This document shows, in pieces, positions 20,738 through 31,259 of a stretch of DNA of 32,000 nt; position 1 is the stretch's first letter; every line of letters begins with the position of its first letter. The translations under genes were made by a program, and so were the position numbers. Under the pieces are notes generated by a model. It made no database searches, had not been told where the DNA came from, and was given only the letters and a program-made list of their open reading frames with translations. Origin of the DNA: Candidatus Saccharimonadota bacterium (GTDB lineage: Bacteria; Patescibacteriota; Gracilibacteria; BD1-5; UBA6164); assembly GCA_004563595.2 (NCBI GenBank), contig CP042461.1, positions 210,001 to 242,000 of the forward strand, given 5' to 3'.

Positions 20738-21220
20738 TTATCTATTATTAGTTTTTACATTACATTGAGCCATATTTAATGATTTGGTGTTTTTTATTGC
20801 CTGTTCTATAATACCTGTATAAAGTATTTCAGATTGAAGGTTATTATTTTTTGCTCATGTCTTCTTCATAAAGTTTTGGAGCTTTGAAAATGATAAATTT
20901 TGTAGAATAAATGAAAGCTCTACTCCTTTTGGTTCATCTTGTATTGAAGTTAATTCAGTTTCCATTAATGATCGTATTTGAAGGAAAAGATATACTTGCT
21001 TTATAAACAATTGTCATTCAGTATCTATATATTGATTGTTAGATGTTGCATATATATTATGTTCTATTCATTCATAGATAAGAGCGCTTATTTCTTCATC
21101 ATTGGAGTTTATTATTCTCATAACTCGATCTTGAAATTGAGCAATTACTATTGGAGCAATTATTTTTTTGAGATAGGGTGAAGGGGGTTTATGAGTCTGA
21201 GAAGGACTATTTAGTTGCAT
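20738..21220 (-). CDS. hypothetical protein
   Basis: The minus-strand frame is 161 codons with TGA=Gly. I recognise no family. Plus-strand track ORF 20978..21181 is a shadow. Confidence 0.4.
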
Positions 21221-21365
21221 GTTTTTTATCTTATAATTAATGTTCTGCGTATCTTATAAAGATTGTTTATAAAGTCAAAAGAGTTTTTGTAAAATGCCTA
21301 TATTTTGTTTTATATCCTTATGTACTATTAAGAATATGATAATGTTTAAAATAATTTTTCGAAAT

Positions 21366-21398
21366 TCTTACCTTTCTCTTACTTTGGTTTTATATAAT
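21366..21398 (+). promoter_or_regulatory. direct-repeat box promoter TCTTAC-N5-TCTTAC-N10-TATAAT
   Basis: Hexamers are at 21366-21371 and 21377-21382, and the -10 box is at 21393-21398. The inverted repeat ATGTAAT-N6-ATTACAT (21404-21423) follows. Confidence 0.5.
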
Positions 21399-21548
21399 TG
21401 CACATGTAATTTAAATATTACATTTTCTTAATGATATAAATATATATTAAAAACAACCGTTTTTATCCTTACAATTATAAATACGCAGGATAACAAAAAC
21501 AAATACAAAAATATATATTCTACATTTTACTTATTAATAACAATAGTT

Positions 21549-22370
21549 ATGAAAGCAAAAAAAATAATAGCTACTACAGCTTTAAGTACAGTTTTATTAG
21601 GTTTAGGAATGACTGCAGTGTCTGCTGATTCAGATGAAAGTACGTATGAAGATAGAAAAGAAATGAGAATGGAAGCAAAAGAAAAAATGCATGACATGAA
21701 AGAAGATAGAAAAGAGTATATGGAAGGGAAAAGAAAAGAAATGAAAGAAAATAGAAATGAATTTAAATCTGAGAATAAAGAAGAAGTAAAAGAATTAATT
21801 GAAGCTTTATCAGATGAACAAAAAGAAGAATTAAAAGCTTTAAAAGATATTCATAAAGCTGAAACTGATGCTTTAAAACAAGAAATAAAAGATGCAAAAG
21901 ATGATTTAGAGACAAGAGATGAGTTAAGAGCAAAATTTGATGCACTGAGAGAAGAACATTTTTCTGAATTTAAAGAAATTGTTGGTGAAGATAGCGAGTT
22001 AGTTGAAAAAATGACAGAAAGACATGATATGTTTAAAGAAAACATGGAAATTAAAAAAGAAATGCACGAAAAAAGAAAAGACTTTAGAGATGATAAAAAA
22101 GAACTTATTGGAAAATATAAAGGAAAATTTATTGAAAGATTAGGTTCTAAGTTAGAAAAAATCTCTACTGATAAATTAGAGAAAATCTCTTCAAAAATAG
22201 ATGCTTTATATGAAAAAATAGAAGCAAAAACAAATATTTCAGATGAGAAAAAAGATACAATTCTTTCTCAACTTACAGCTCTACAAGACATAATCGATGA
22301 AAGATTAGAAGATAGTGATGCTGAAGAATTAGAAATAGATGATATTGTTGATGAAGTTTTAGAAGACTAA
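21549..22370 (+). CDS. secreted K/E-rich helical protein with two LTXXQ-type motifs (Spy/CpxP-like?)
   Basis: The signal peptide is MKAKKIIATTALSTVLLGLGMTAVSA. The mature part is highly charged. It carries LSDEQ (aa 87-91) and LTALQ (aa 242-246). The ORF is intact in either code. Confidence 0.75.
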   Translation: MKAKKIIATTALSTVLLGLGMTAVSADSDESTYEDRKEMRMEAKEKMHDMKEDRKEYMEGKRKEMKENRNEFKSENKEEVKELIEALSDEQKEELKALKDIHKAETDALKQEIKDAKDDLETRDELRAKFDALREEHFSEFKEIVGEDSELVEKMTERHDMFKENMEIKKEMHEKRKDFRDDKKELIGKYKGKFIERLGSKLEKISTDKLEKISSKIDALYEKIEAKTNISDEKKDTILSQLTALQDIIDERLEDSDAEELEIDDIVDEVLED

Positions 22371-22383
22371 TACCTCGTTACCA

Positions 22384-22420
22384 AAAAGAACCAATTTTAA
22401 AAAAAATTGGTTCTTTTTTT
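22384..22420 (+). terminator. intrinsic terminator
   Basis: The hairpin AAGAACCAATTTT..AAAATTGGTTCTT is followed by a run of seven T. Confidence 0.8.
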
Positions 22421-22427
22421 GTTACTT

Positions 22428-22460
22428 TCTTACGTAACTCTTACTATATACCCATATAAT
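22428..22460 (+). promoter_or_regulatory. direct-repeat box promoter TCTTAC-N5-TCTTAC-N10-TATAAT
   Basis: Hexamers are at 22428-22433 and 22439-22444, and the -10 box is at 22455-22460. Confidence 0.5.
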
Positions 22461-22639
22461 ATATGTATATATCGAATAGAACATGAAAAAAATAAAAACA
22501 AAAAATCAGTATTATTTATATTTAAATTAGGAATTACTATTGTTACAAAGTAGGTCATATTTTTAAATACTATATCAATAATACTTGAGGGATAAATGAT
22601 ATATCAAGAAAAAAGTTAGAATATGTATTCTAGCTTTTT

Positions 22640-22672
22640 TCTTACTTGATTCTTATTTTAAATAGTTAATAT
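22640..22672 (+). promoter_or_regulatory. direct-repeat box promoter TCTTAC-N5-TCTTAT-N10-TAATAT
   Basis: Hexamers are at 22640-22645 and 22651-22656, and the -10-like box is at 22667-22672, about 27 nt upstream of the response-regulator ATG. Confidence 0.45.
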
Positions 22673-22698
22673 ATAAGCATAATATTAACTATTTTTAT

Positions 22699-23358
22699 AT
22701 GAAAGTTTTAGTAATAGAGGATAATGAATTACTTTCAAGAAATCTTGTGAGGTATTTGGAATTAAAAAATATAGAATCTGATACAAGCTTTGATTGAAAG
22801 GATGGACTATACAAGGCATCGATTCATTTTTATGATGCTATAATTTTGGACATTAATCTCCCAGAAATAGATTGATTGGAGGTATGTAAAAATTTGAGAG
22901 AAAAATGAAAAAATACTCCAATTATTATGTTGACTTCTAGGTCTTCAAAAACAGATATAATTGTGTGACTTAATAATTGAGCAGATGATTATCTTGTAAA
23001 ACCTTTTGATTATCAAGAGCTTATAGCTAGAATAGACTCGCTTACCAGAAGAAACTTAAAGAACAAGAGCATATCAAAAATAGAAGTTTGAGAATATATT
23101 ATTGATCTAGAAAAAATAGAAGTTTCCAAAGGAGAAGAAAAAATAAAACTATCAACTCTTGAATTTGATCTGTTTAAATGTCTTGTTCAAAATAGATGAA
23201 AAGTCCTTTCTAGGAAGGATATATATGAAAAAGTCTGGTGAGAATTCGAAGAGTTTATGTTTAGTAAAACGGTTGATGTATATATTTGATATCTGAGGAA
23301 GAAGCTAGGAAGAGAAATGATTGAAACAAGAAAATGATTTTGATATATAATTAATTAG
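22699..23358 (+). CDS. OmpR/PhoB-family response regulator
   Basis: Receiver motifs are VLVIEDN, AIILDINLPEIDGLEVC, PIIMLTS and GADDYLVKPF. The winged-helix C-terminus has LSTLEFDLFKCLVQNRGKVLSRKDIYEKVWG..VDVYIGYLRKKL. Confidence 0.95.
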
Positions 23359-23360
23359 TT

Positions 23361-24605
23361 ATGGAAAGATCTAATTTAAAGAAAACAAGGAGGAAATTAA
23401 CTATTATGTTTACGATATTAGTTTTTTTTGCTTGTCTTATTTTGGGCTTAGTATTTTTATGAGCAAAATACCTCCATGAAAATAAAATTGAAAAAGATAA
23501 TTTTGCTTTTTCAACAAATACCATTCAAAAAAGGTTCATAAATTTAAAAGAATTCATATCAGTTCACGAGATTTGAAACAGTCTTTTTACGAGGGATAAG
23601 AACAGTTGAATTGTCAGAAAAAAGCCAAAGATAGAAGATAAATTGATAAATTTTTTAATTATAGATTCTGCTTGAGATATTATATATCAGAATATAAGAG
23701 ATAATATTGAATGAAAAGTGCTTGAAAGTGTCCTTCAAAAATTAGTATATAATAGAGTGTATAGAATTGATGATTACTATTTAAAAATCTCTGATTTAAT
23801 AGATCAAAAAGAAAAATATACTATTATATTTATAAAAAAACTAAGATATGATAAGGATGATTATATTTATGATTTTATAAGATTTCTGTTGATCTTATCT
23901 ATTTTTACAATTATTTTATATTTTATTTGATATAAATTTGTACAAAAAAATTTAGAACCTGTTGAAGAAACACTTCTCGATATGCAAGACTTTATTCATA
24001 ATGCTGGCCATGAATTAAAAACACCAATCTCTGTAATACATTGAAATTTACAATTACTCAAAGAAATAAAAAAATATGATAAAGATTTACTTATCGAATG
24101 AATAAAAGAAATTGAGAGATTAGATAAATTAATTGAGTGACTGATAGATCTTTCAAATATTAATAAAGAAGATAACTTAGAAAAATTATATGTACAAAAA
24201 GAAATTCAAGATATAGTATCTGACTTTGATGTAAAAATAAAAGATAAAGATTTAAGGTTAGTCACAAAACTTGAGTCGAAAATAGTTATCCATGCCAATA
24301 GGGAATATCTGTATATAGTAATTTCAAATTTACTTTCAAATGCTATTAAGTATTCAAATAAATGATGAAAAATCACTGTTGTACTTGATAAAAACAGATT
24401 GATTATGAAAGATCTTTGAATTTGAATCCAAAAAGAAAATTTTGAAAAAATCTTTATGAGATTTTTTAGGGAAGAAGGGATAAGAAGTTCGGATAGCTTT
24501 TGAATATGATTATCACTCGTGAGAAAAATAGTGAGGATCTATAACTGGAAAATAGAAGTCCAAAGTAAAGTTTGAAAATGAACGAAGTTTATAATTACTT
24601 TTTAA
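23361..24605 (+). CDS. sensor histidine kinase (two TM segments, HisKA + HATPase_c)
   Basis: Motifs are H-box FIHNAGHELKTPISVI, N-box ISNLLSNAIKYS, G1 KDLGIGI and G2 FGIGLSLV. It is in frame with track ORF 23718..23930 and starts 2 nt after the regulator's stop. Confidence 0.9.
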
Positions 24606-24614
24606 ATAAAAATA

Positions 24615-25700
24615 ATGCCTAAAACAGTAAAAAATTTTAATGTATGACCTTCAGAGTTATTCCACTGAGTAGCAGATTTTTTAATAGATGGTCTGAAAAA
24701 TGACGATTTTATTATTCCTCATAGGTGACCAGCTTTTTCAGAGATGTATAAAAATACTGAAAAAGCCTTTTATGATTTTTTTGAAATACCTGATGATTAC
24801 AGTTTGTTTTTCACATACTCTGCCACAGAAGGGATGGATATTCTGATAGAGTGAGTGGTAGATGATAGTATTACTCACATATCAAATTGAGATTTTTGAG
24901 ATTTATTTTCTGATCTTTCAAAAACGCTTCAAAAAGATGTAAATCTTATAAAAAATATAAGATGATCTCGAGTGGAAGTTGATGAAATGATAGTTCCAAC
25001 TGATGTATTAGCATTGACTGCAAATGATACCTCTACATGAGTGGAATATACCTCAGAAGATTTTAAAGAAATAAGGAATAAATTTTCTGAACAATTGATT
25101 CTTGTTGATGCTACTTCGTCATTTTGAGCTTTGTATTATGATATATCTTCTGCGGATGCATGGTTATTTTCTGTACAGAAGAACTTATGACTTCCATCAG
25201 GGTTAGGATTATTATTAGTGAATGATAAGATTATTCAAAAAGCATGAAAAAGACAAGAAAATTGAGTAAATATTTGAGGACATCATAATATTTTAAGTTT
25301 AAATAGTTTTTATTCAAACTATCAAACACCATCAACACCAAATATTATGTTGATACAGGCTTTAGCTTTTGTTATTTGAGCATATAAAGCTCATTTTTGA
25401 GATATATATTGATTAGAAAAGTATACTTTAGAGAAGGCAGAGTATTTTTACTCTATGATTGAAAAAATAGATACTGTTAGTGTCCTAAATACAGGCAAAT
25501 GAAAATCCAAAACAACATTTGTTTTGGATGTGCCAGATGGGGATGTATATGATTATATATTTTCTCTTTTACAAGGTGAGTGATATAGTGTGAGTCCTGG
25601 GTATTGAAAATTTAAAGAAAAAAACATTCGTGTAGCAAATTTTCCAATTCATTCAAGAAATGATATTGAGGAACTTTTTAAAGTTTTTCATCATCAGTAG
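24615..25700 (+). CDS. serC: class V aminotransferase, phosphoserine aminotransferase-like
   Basis: Evidence is the N-terminal FNVGPSEL, TYSATEGMD, LVDATSS, and FSVQKNLGLPSGLGLLLV with the PLP-binding Lys context. The frame is 361 codons with TGA=Gly. Confidence 0.7.
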
Positions 25701-26229
25701 GAATAATACTATCAATTGCTGCAAAAGTAGCATCTTTTCATGCTGGAATGATAATAGTAACATTACTTCATACTTCTCATTTAAAGTGAGTTATAGCAGC
25801 TGTGAGGACATTGTATGATTTTCCATCAGCAAGTACTTGGTATTTTTCTTTTTCTTTTGTTATAAGTCCTACTTTTGTTTCTCTTTCTATCGGAGCTATT
25901 TGTTTATAAAGCATTTTTCAACTTCATTCAATTGTAAGTTTCAGCTTATCTCATTGTACAAGTTTTGATTTAGAGGCGTAGTTTACAGGAACAGGATATT
26001 TATTTCCATCACCTCCCAGCATTTCTTCTCATGTGAAAACACCTTCAATTATTTTAGAATCAGCACTACTATAGCTATTTAAACCTCTCGTGTCTAAGTT
26101 TATTTCATCATCTAAACTAAGATTATTTTCTTCAAGAACATCTTTGAGGAGTTTTTTTGCATTTTTAATCGATTTTTCTGCAGTTACTATAAAGTCTCTA
26201 ATTGCAATAATTGTTTTTTTGTTTTCCAT
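25678..26229 (-). CDS. conserved hypothetical protein
   Basis: Track ORF 26029..26229 continues through TGA codons to TAA (plus-strand TTA 25678-25680). The motif GVFTGEEMLGGDGNKYPVPVNYASKSKLVQGDKLKL looks like a widely conserved uncharacterised family. Confidence 0.55.
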
Positions 26230-26309
26230 TTTTTTGTTTTTAATTTTTAATACTTCAATTATTTTACTGTAAAATGCTCCTTTTGTAAATAAATTGCTGT
26301 TTACTTTGT

Positions 26310-27329
26310 CTAAAAATATATTTCTATAAACTTTAGGATATCAACTTGGTAGAATAGAGTAATAAAAAATCAAATTGCCAGAAATGGTCAAAAAGGGACT
26401 TGGGTCTCAAGAGCTCCTCATTTATTTTTAATTTTTGCAGAGATGATATATCAAAATGAAAGGAAACTTCATGCTACATATGTGGCCATCATCCCTGGAA
26501 AAGATAAAGAGACTCAGAGTATTAATCATATGAAAATAGCAATTCTCAGGTCTCATCATCCCATCCATGCTCACTTAGAAACGAGAATTTGTAGAAAGAA
26601 GAATATAAAGATAGCTCATGCTCAAATAAGACCGTTAAATATAGCTATTTCAGTAAGGTGAATTCAATAAAAAACTTTGAATATATAGAGAGCAAGAATA
26701 GAGCCTACAACGATACTGACATCTGCTACTTCATGAAGTCATTTGAGCATCACTATATAGAGTCAGATAAGAATTATTATTGAGAGTATGATTGCCTGAA
26801 TTCATAGAGATATGCTTTCAACTCAAGCAGGAATATTTGATATGATATGAAAAGAAGGAAAGAGAGTCTGAGCTGATAGAATGATAGTGATTCATATAAT
26901 TCAAAGTCACAAAATTATCTCAGGAATTTCGAGAAATAATATATCATAAAAAGTATAAATAATAGTAAAAAATCAAATGAGAAGAAAGAATATAAGTTTT
27001 ATTATTTCTATACTGTTTCAGTTTAATATGAGAGTAAAATCTATTAAAAAGTAAGCAATAAAGGCAAACAGGAATCACGTTGATATTTCTAAAAATGGAT
27101 AGATAGCACTTACTTGTTTACTACACGAATAACACTTTCATTTATTGAAGAGGTATGAAAATATTGGAATGAGGTCAAGAGCTCTGAGTATCTTGTTACA
27201 ACTCCCACAGTGACTTCTTCCATTGAATATTCCAGACTCTCAAGATTTAATTCTATAGATAATTACAGAAGCAAAACTTCAAAAAAGAGTTCAAAAAATA
27301 AAGAGCATGATATAAAAAAAAGAGTTCAT
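26310..27329 (-). CDS. pilD: prepilin peptidase (A24 family, PilD-type) with N-terminal zinc-binding DiS-P-DiS region
   Basis: Motifs are FGSFASVIIYRIKSG, RSHCGSCNKILRALDLIPIFSYLFNKGKCYSCSKQVSAIYPFLE, AWMGGGDLRIA and VPFGPFLAIG. The frame is 340 codons with TGA=Gly. Confidence 0.9.
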
Positions 27330-27410
27330 GGATATGGATTTATAAAGTATTTGTATCTAATTATATAAAAAAGTAGCTAAAAAGCCACTTGGAGTATTTC
27401 AAATGGCCTT

Positions 27411-28208
27411 TTATTCTATTATTTCTCAAATGTGCTCTATATATATTATCTTTCAGCAATGTTTACAATGTGAAGCATCTCTATCATGTCTTTTTAATCC
27501 ACAGTGTTTACATTTATTATATTTTTTAATAGGACGAAATATAATCGTAATCATTCTTAAGAACAATCATGCTCAGAGAGTCATGATAAGTACTACAAGA
27601 ACCTTTCATCGATCTCAAATTACAACAATATCTCAGAATCAGGTTGTAGTTAAGGTGGAGATTGTAAAGTAGAGAGCATCGAGAAAGCTATTAATATCTT
27701 TGTTAATATCTACTTGTGCGATAAAAACAAGACTGGCCATGAAAAAGGTAAATATAAGGAGGTTCAAAATAGAAAAAATCAGATCTTTATTTCTTGAGAA
27801 GAAATTACTTACTTTTGATAAATCATGAATAACTCTATATGATCTGAGAATTTTCAGAGCTGTGAAAAAATGGAGTATGGTATTATCTACATAATAAAAT
27901 CTTACAAATATTGCTGTTATGATGATGATATCTAAAAGGCTGATCAAAGAAAAAACATATTTTGTTTTAAATTTATGTACTTTGAGTCTCATGTAAAATT
28001 CTAGGAGAAAATACACTCATAATCAAATTTGAATATTTTTTAAGATTTCATTATGAGGGAAGAAAAACTCAAAGAATAAAACAGATAAAAAAATCAGGTT
28101 AATAACAATAGATACTTCATTAAAAACTTTTCTATGTTTTTTTATATAGCCAAGTAGTTTTATTTTTTCTTTTTCTCCTTTTTTTACTGCTCTACGAGTA
28201 AAAGTCAT
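27411..28208 (-). CDS. potassium channel family protein with C-terminal CxxC..CxxC tail
   Basis: Track ORFs 28023..28208 and 27639..28016 join through TGA codons. The selectivity filter is TLTTTGFGD, with both Gly encoded by TGA. The tail is CKHCGLKRHDRDASHCKHCG. Confidence 0.85.
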
Positions 28209-28288
28209 TTTTTCTTATCTTTATATATTATCTTTTGATAGGATACTGATTTTGAAAGGAAAGAAAAACTTTTTTTGGAAAAGTTTTC

Positions 28289-28867
28289 TTACTGTTTTCT
28301 CATAAATACTATACTATCTCAATATGAAGTAAACACATGAGGAACTTTATGTTTATATACTCAGAGGTATTGTTCTCAAAACTGAGAAATAATTCTTCAA
28401 TCTTCACAAACTTTTCAGATATGGGAATATCCTCTATCTCATTCAGCAGTCATAATATCATCTTCTTGATTAAAGTAAACAATGATATCTCATTCTCCTG
28501 CTTTTTTTCAAGAAATTATCTTATGATCTTTAAGTAAGTCACTAAATATCATAGATTCTGATCTTATACGAAAGTTAAGATGAGATCTTGTTTCTCATAA
28601 TGCAAATAATACATCATTACTATAAGGATAGCTATAACGCTCACAGGTATACCTTACTATTTCATTTGTAATAAGTTCTATATCGGGAGAAGTTTTTGGA
28701 ATTTGTTCCCAGAGATCTTCAATATATCTAGGACTACGAAAATCTGTTATTTTATCCAGTTTTGTTCTTACGACTTCTGCTACTTTTCAGTAATTGGAAA
28801 GTAATTTTGAATGTTTCTCTAATTTATTTTGATTTTGTTCAACGAGAGTTGGAGTTGAATGATGCAT
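28289..28867 (-). CDS. hypothetical protein (possible papain-like/NlpC-P60-like fold)
   Basis: The frame is 193 codons with TGA=Gly. Cys (YTCERYSYP) and His (GYSHIGKV..DGRIISQFG) are spaced as in NlpC/P60-type enzymes. The call is weak. Confidence 0.4.
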
Positions 28868-29124
28868 GATTTATGTATTAAAAATAAATATATATATAAT
28901 AGTGTTTATCTATATTATGTCAATTTTTAAAGAAAATTAACCATTGAGCTTTGTATCCAGAACAATAGGAAAATTGTTAAGAATATAAGATTTTTTTATG
29001 AACTTTATATGAATAAGAGTATACCAATGAAATAAAAAATAGAAAATAGAGTAGAATAAACTATTTCTTTTTTCATACTTTTTCATATAATAGCGAAAAT
29101 TTTACAAACTAATTAAAAATAGCA

Positions 29125-30582
29125 ATGGCTGCATCAAATGAGAATGTGATAGGTTTTAAAAATGTGGATTTTCACTATGACTTTAGAAAACCTATTTTGG
29201 ATGAGGTAAGTTTTAATGTGAGAAAAGGATCAAAGATCACTATTATGGGACAAAATTGAGCTGGAAAATCAACTATTTTTAAGCTTATTAACGGAAGTTT
29301 AGAGAAAAAAGGAGGAGTAATAAATATAGATTCAAAACACACTATCGCTACGTGATACCAAGTAGTGCTACCAGAAGATAAAGAACTTACAATAAGTGAT
29401 TTCTTTAGAAAATACTTTAATGATGATTCTGTATTTAATATAGATAAACAAATCTTTGAGGTTTTAAAAGTTGTAAATCTAAAAGCTCCACTAGATAAAC
29501 AAATCAAAGCTTTTTCAGGAGGACAACAAGCAAGACTATTACTTGCTGCAGCGTTGATTCAAGATCCTGATATATTGTTACTTGATGAACCTACAAATAA
29601 TTTGGATACTGATTGAATATGGCATTTAACTGCATTTCTTCAAAATTATAAAAAAACAGTTCTTGTTATTTCTCATGATGCTGAATTTTTGAATAGTTTT
29701 ACTGATGGGGTATTATATCTTGATGTATTTACAAAACAAGTAGAACAATTTGTATGAGATTACCATAGTGTGGTAGAGCAAATCAAAAGAAATATGGAAA
29801 AAGAAAATATGGCGAATGCAAGACTCAAAAAAGAGGCACAAGCGAAAAAGGATCAAGCAAATACATTTGCTCATAAATGATGAAAACTAAGACTTGTAGC
29901 TAAAAAAATGAGGGAAGCTGCAGCAGATATGGAAGATGATATGGTAGATTCAAGAAAAGAGGATAAAGCAATCAAAGATTTTACTATACCTCTTCAAAAG
30001 GGAATTGGATGAGTACTTCTTGATATTCACTCTGTTCATATAATCAGAGATGATGAAGTGGTAGTTGAAGATGTTGAATATCAATTAAGAAAAGATGATC
30101 ATATGCTTTTGGCTGGGCCAAATGGAATTTGAAAATCAACCCTTCTTGAAAAGATAGTGAATAGTGATGAAACAGGTTGTAGTCTCACAGAGGGAATAAA
30201 AATTTGATACTATAGACAAGATTTCTCAAATTTAGATTTTGATCAAACTGTTTATGAATGTTTAAAAGAAGCTTGTGTAGATGATATTATAGAACAAGAT
30301 ATGAGATCAAAAGCTGCATGATTCTTGATCAATGGAGAAATCATGAAAACAAGAATTTGAGATTTATCAGAATGACAAAAAGGACTCGTTGCATTTTGCA
30401 GGCTTGTATTCTTACAACCTGGTATCTTGATCCTTGATGAACCAACGAATCATATCAACTTTAGGCATATTCCTATAATCGCAAAAGCACTTGATGCTTT
30501 TGAGGGAGGGATGATCCTTGTTTCTCATGTAGATGAATTTGTATGGCAAATAAGAATTGATCAGTATTTGGATTTGAAATAG
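29125..30582 (+). CDS. ABC-F family ATPase (two ATP-binding cassettes, no TM domain)
   Basis: Walker A motifs are GQNGAGKST and GPNGIGKST. Signatures are FSGGQQARL and LSEGQKG. Walker B motifs are ILLLDEPTN and [10 protein letters not shown] charged linker separates the cassettes. It is in frame with track ORF 29365..29616. Confidence 0.9.
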
Positions 30583-30620
30583 GGGGATATTCATAGTAAG
30601 AATGAAGAATTTAAAAAATT

Positions 30621-30659
30621 AAAAGAGTATTTGATATGATATATCAAATACTCTTTTTT
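30621..30659. terminator. bidirectional intrinsic terminator
   Basis: A 14-bp stem, AGAGTATTTGATAT/ATATCAAATACTCT, is flanked by A-runs and T-runs. Confidence 0.8.
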
Positions 30660-30691
30660 AAGGTATAATACCTTCTGTATTGTGTTAACAA

Positions 30692-31057
30692 TTATAGCCC
30701 CAATTGTTGCCTTATACTATTATAACTATTACATCCTACTTCATTCATCGGTAGCATTATAGCATTCTCCTTTAAGTATGCTTTAATTTTCATATCAATT
30801 AAGTTAGAAAATTTCATATTAGCAAAGCGATTTGCAATTTCTTTGTTAATTATTCTTGCGTCTAGAAGTTTTCGAACATCCAGTTCAAGAGAAAAAGCAC
30901 TATCAGATTCAGAAATGGTGCATGTTAGTCTTTTCACTAGATCTATTTTTCTAATAGTTGCTAGGTTTTCAGAATAAGCTTTTCCTTGTTGAGGAATGGG
31001 TGGAGTTGTTGTTTCAGTAACAGTTACAGTATATATAATTCCTTGTTTGGGGTACAT
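30692..31057 (-). CDS. hypothetical protein
   Basis: This 121-aa ORF is intact in either code. A GAGGA SD-like site lies about 10 nt upstream. I recognise no family. Confidence 0.5.
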   Translation of the reverse strand: MYPKQGIIYTVTVTETTTPPIPQQGKAYSENLATIRKIDLVKRLTCTISESDSAFSLELDVRKLLDARIINKEIANRFANMKFSNLIDMKIKAYLKENAIMLPMNEVGCNSYNSIRQQLGL

Positions 31058-31206
31058 ATAATTTAATCCTCATTTTTGTTACATGCTTTTGTAGATTATA
31101 TATAGATGAGGAAAAGTCAATATTAGAGGAACAGCTTTTTAACTCTTTTATTAATTTTTGATTACATTACTATACTTTTTTGCACTTTAAACAAAAAGTG
31201 ATATAC

Positions 31207-31249
31207 TATTTATAGTTGACTGTTGATAGTCAATAGTCAACTATAAATA
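31207..31249. promoter_or_regulatory. 43-bp near-perfect palindrome (candidate operator)
   Basis: The 15-bp arms are TATTTATAGTTGACT (31207-31221) and AGTCAACTATAAATA (31235-31249). A nested TTGA-TAG-TCAA sits at the centre. It ends 10 nt before the HTH gene's ATG. Confidence 0.5.
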
Positions 31250-31259
31250 ATAAAAAACG

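Noticed and set aside
28287-28319. A fourth TCTTAC-N5-TCTCAT box.
   Set aside because: Its second half-site is degenerate and the spacing to any -10-like hexamer differs from the other three. It overlaps the stop codon of gene 28289..28867 and points antisense into it, so it is probably a chance match.
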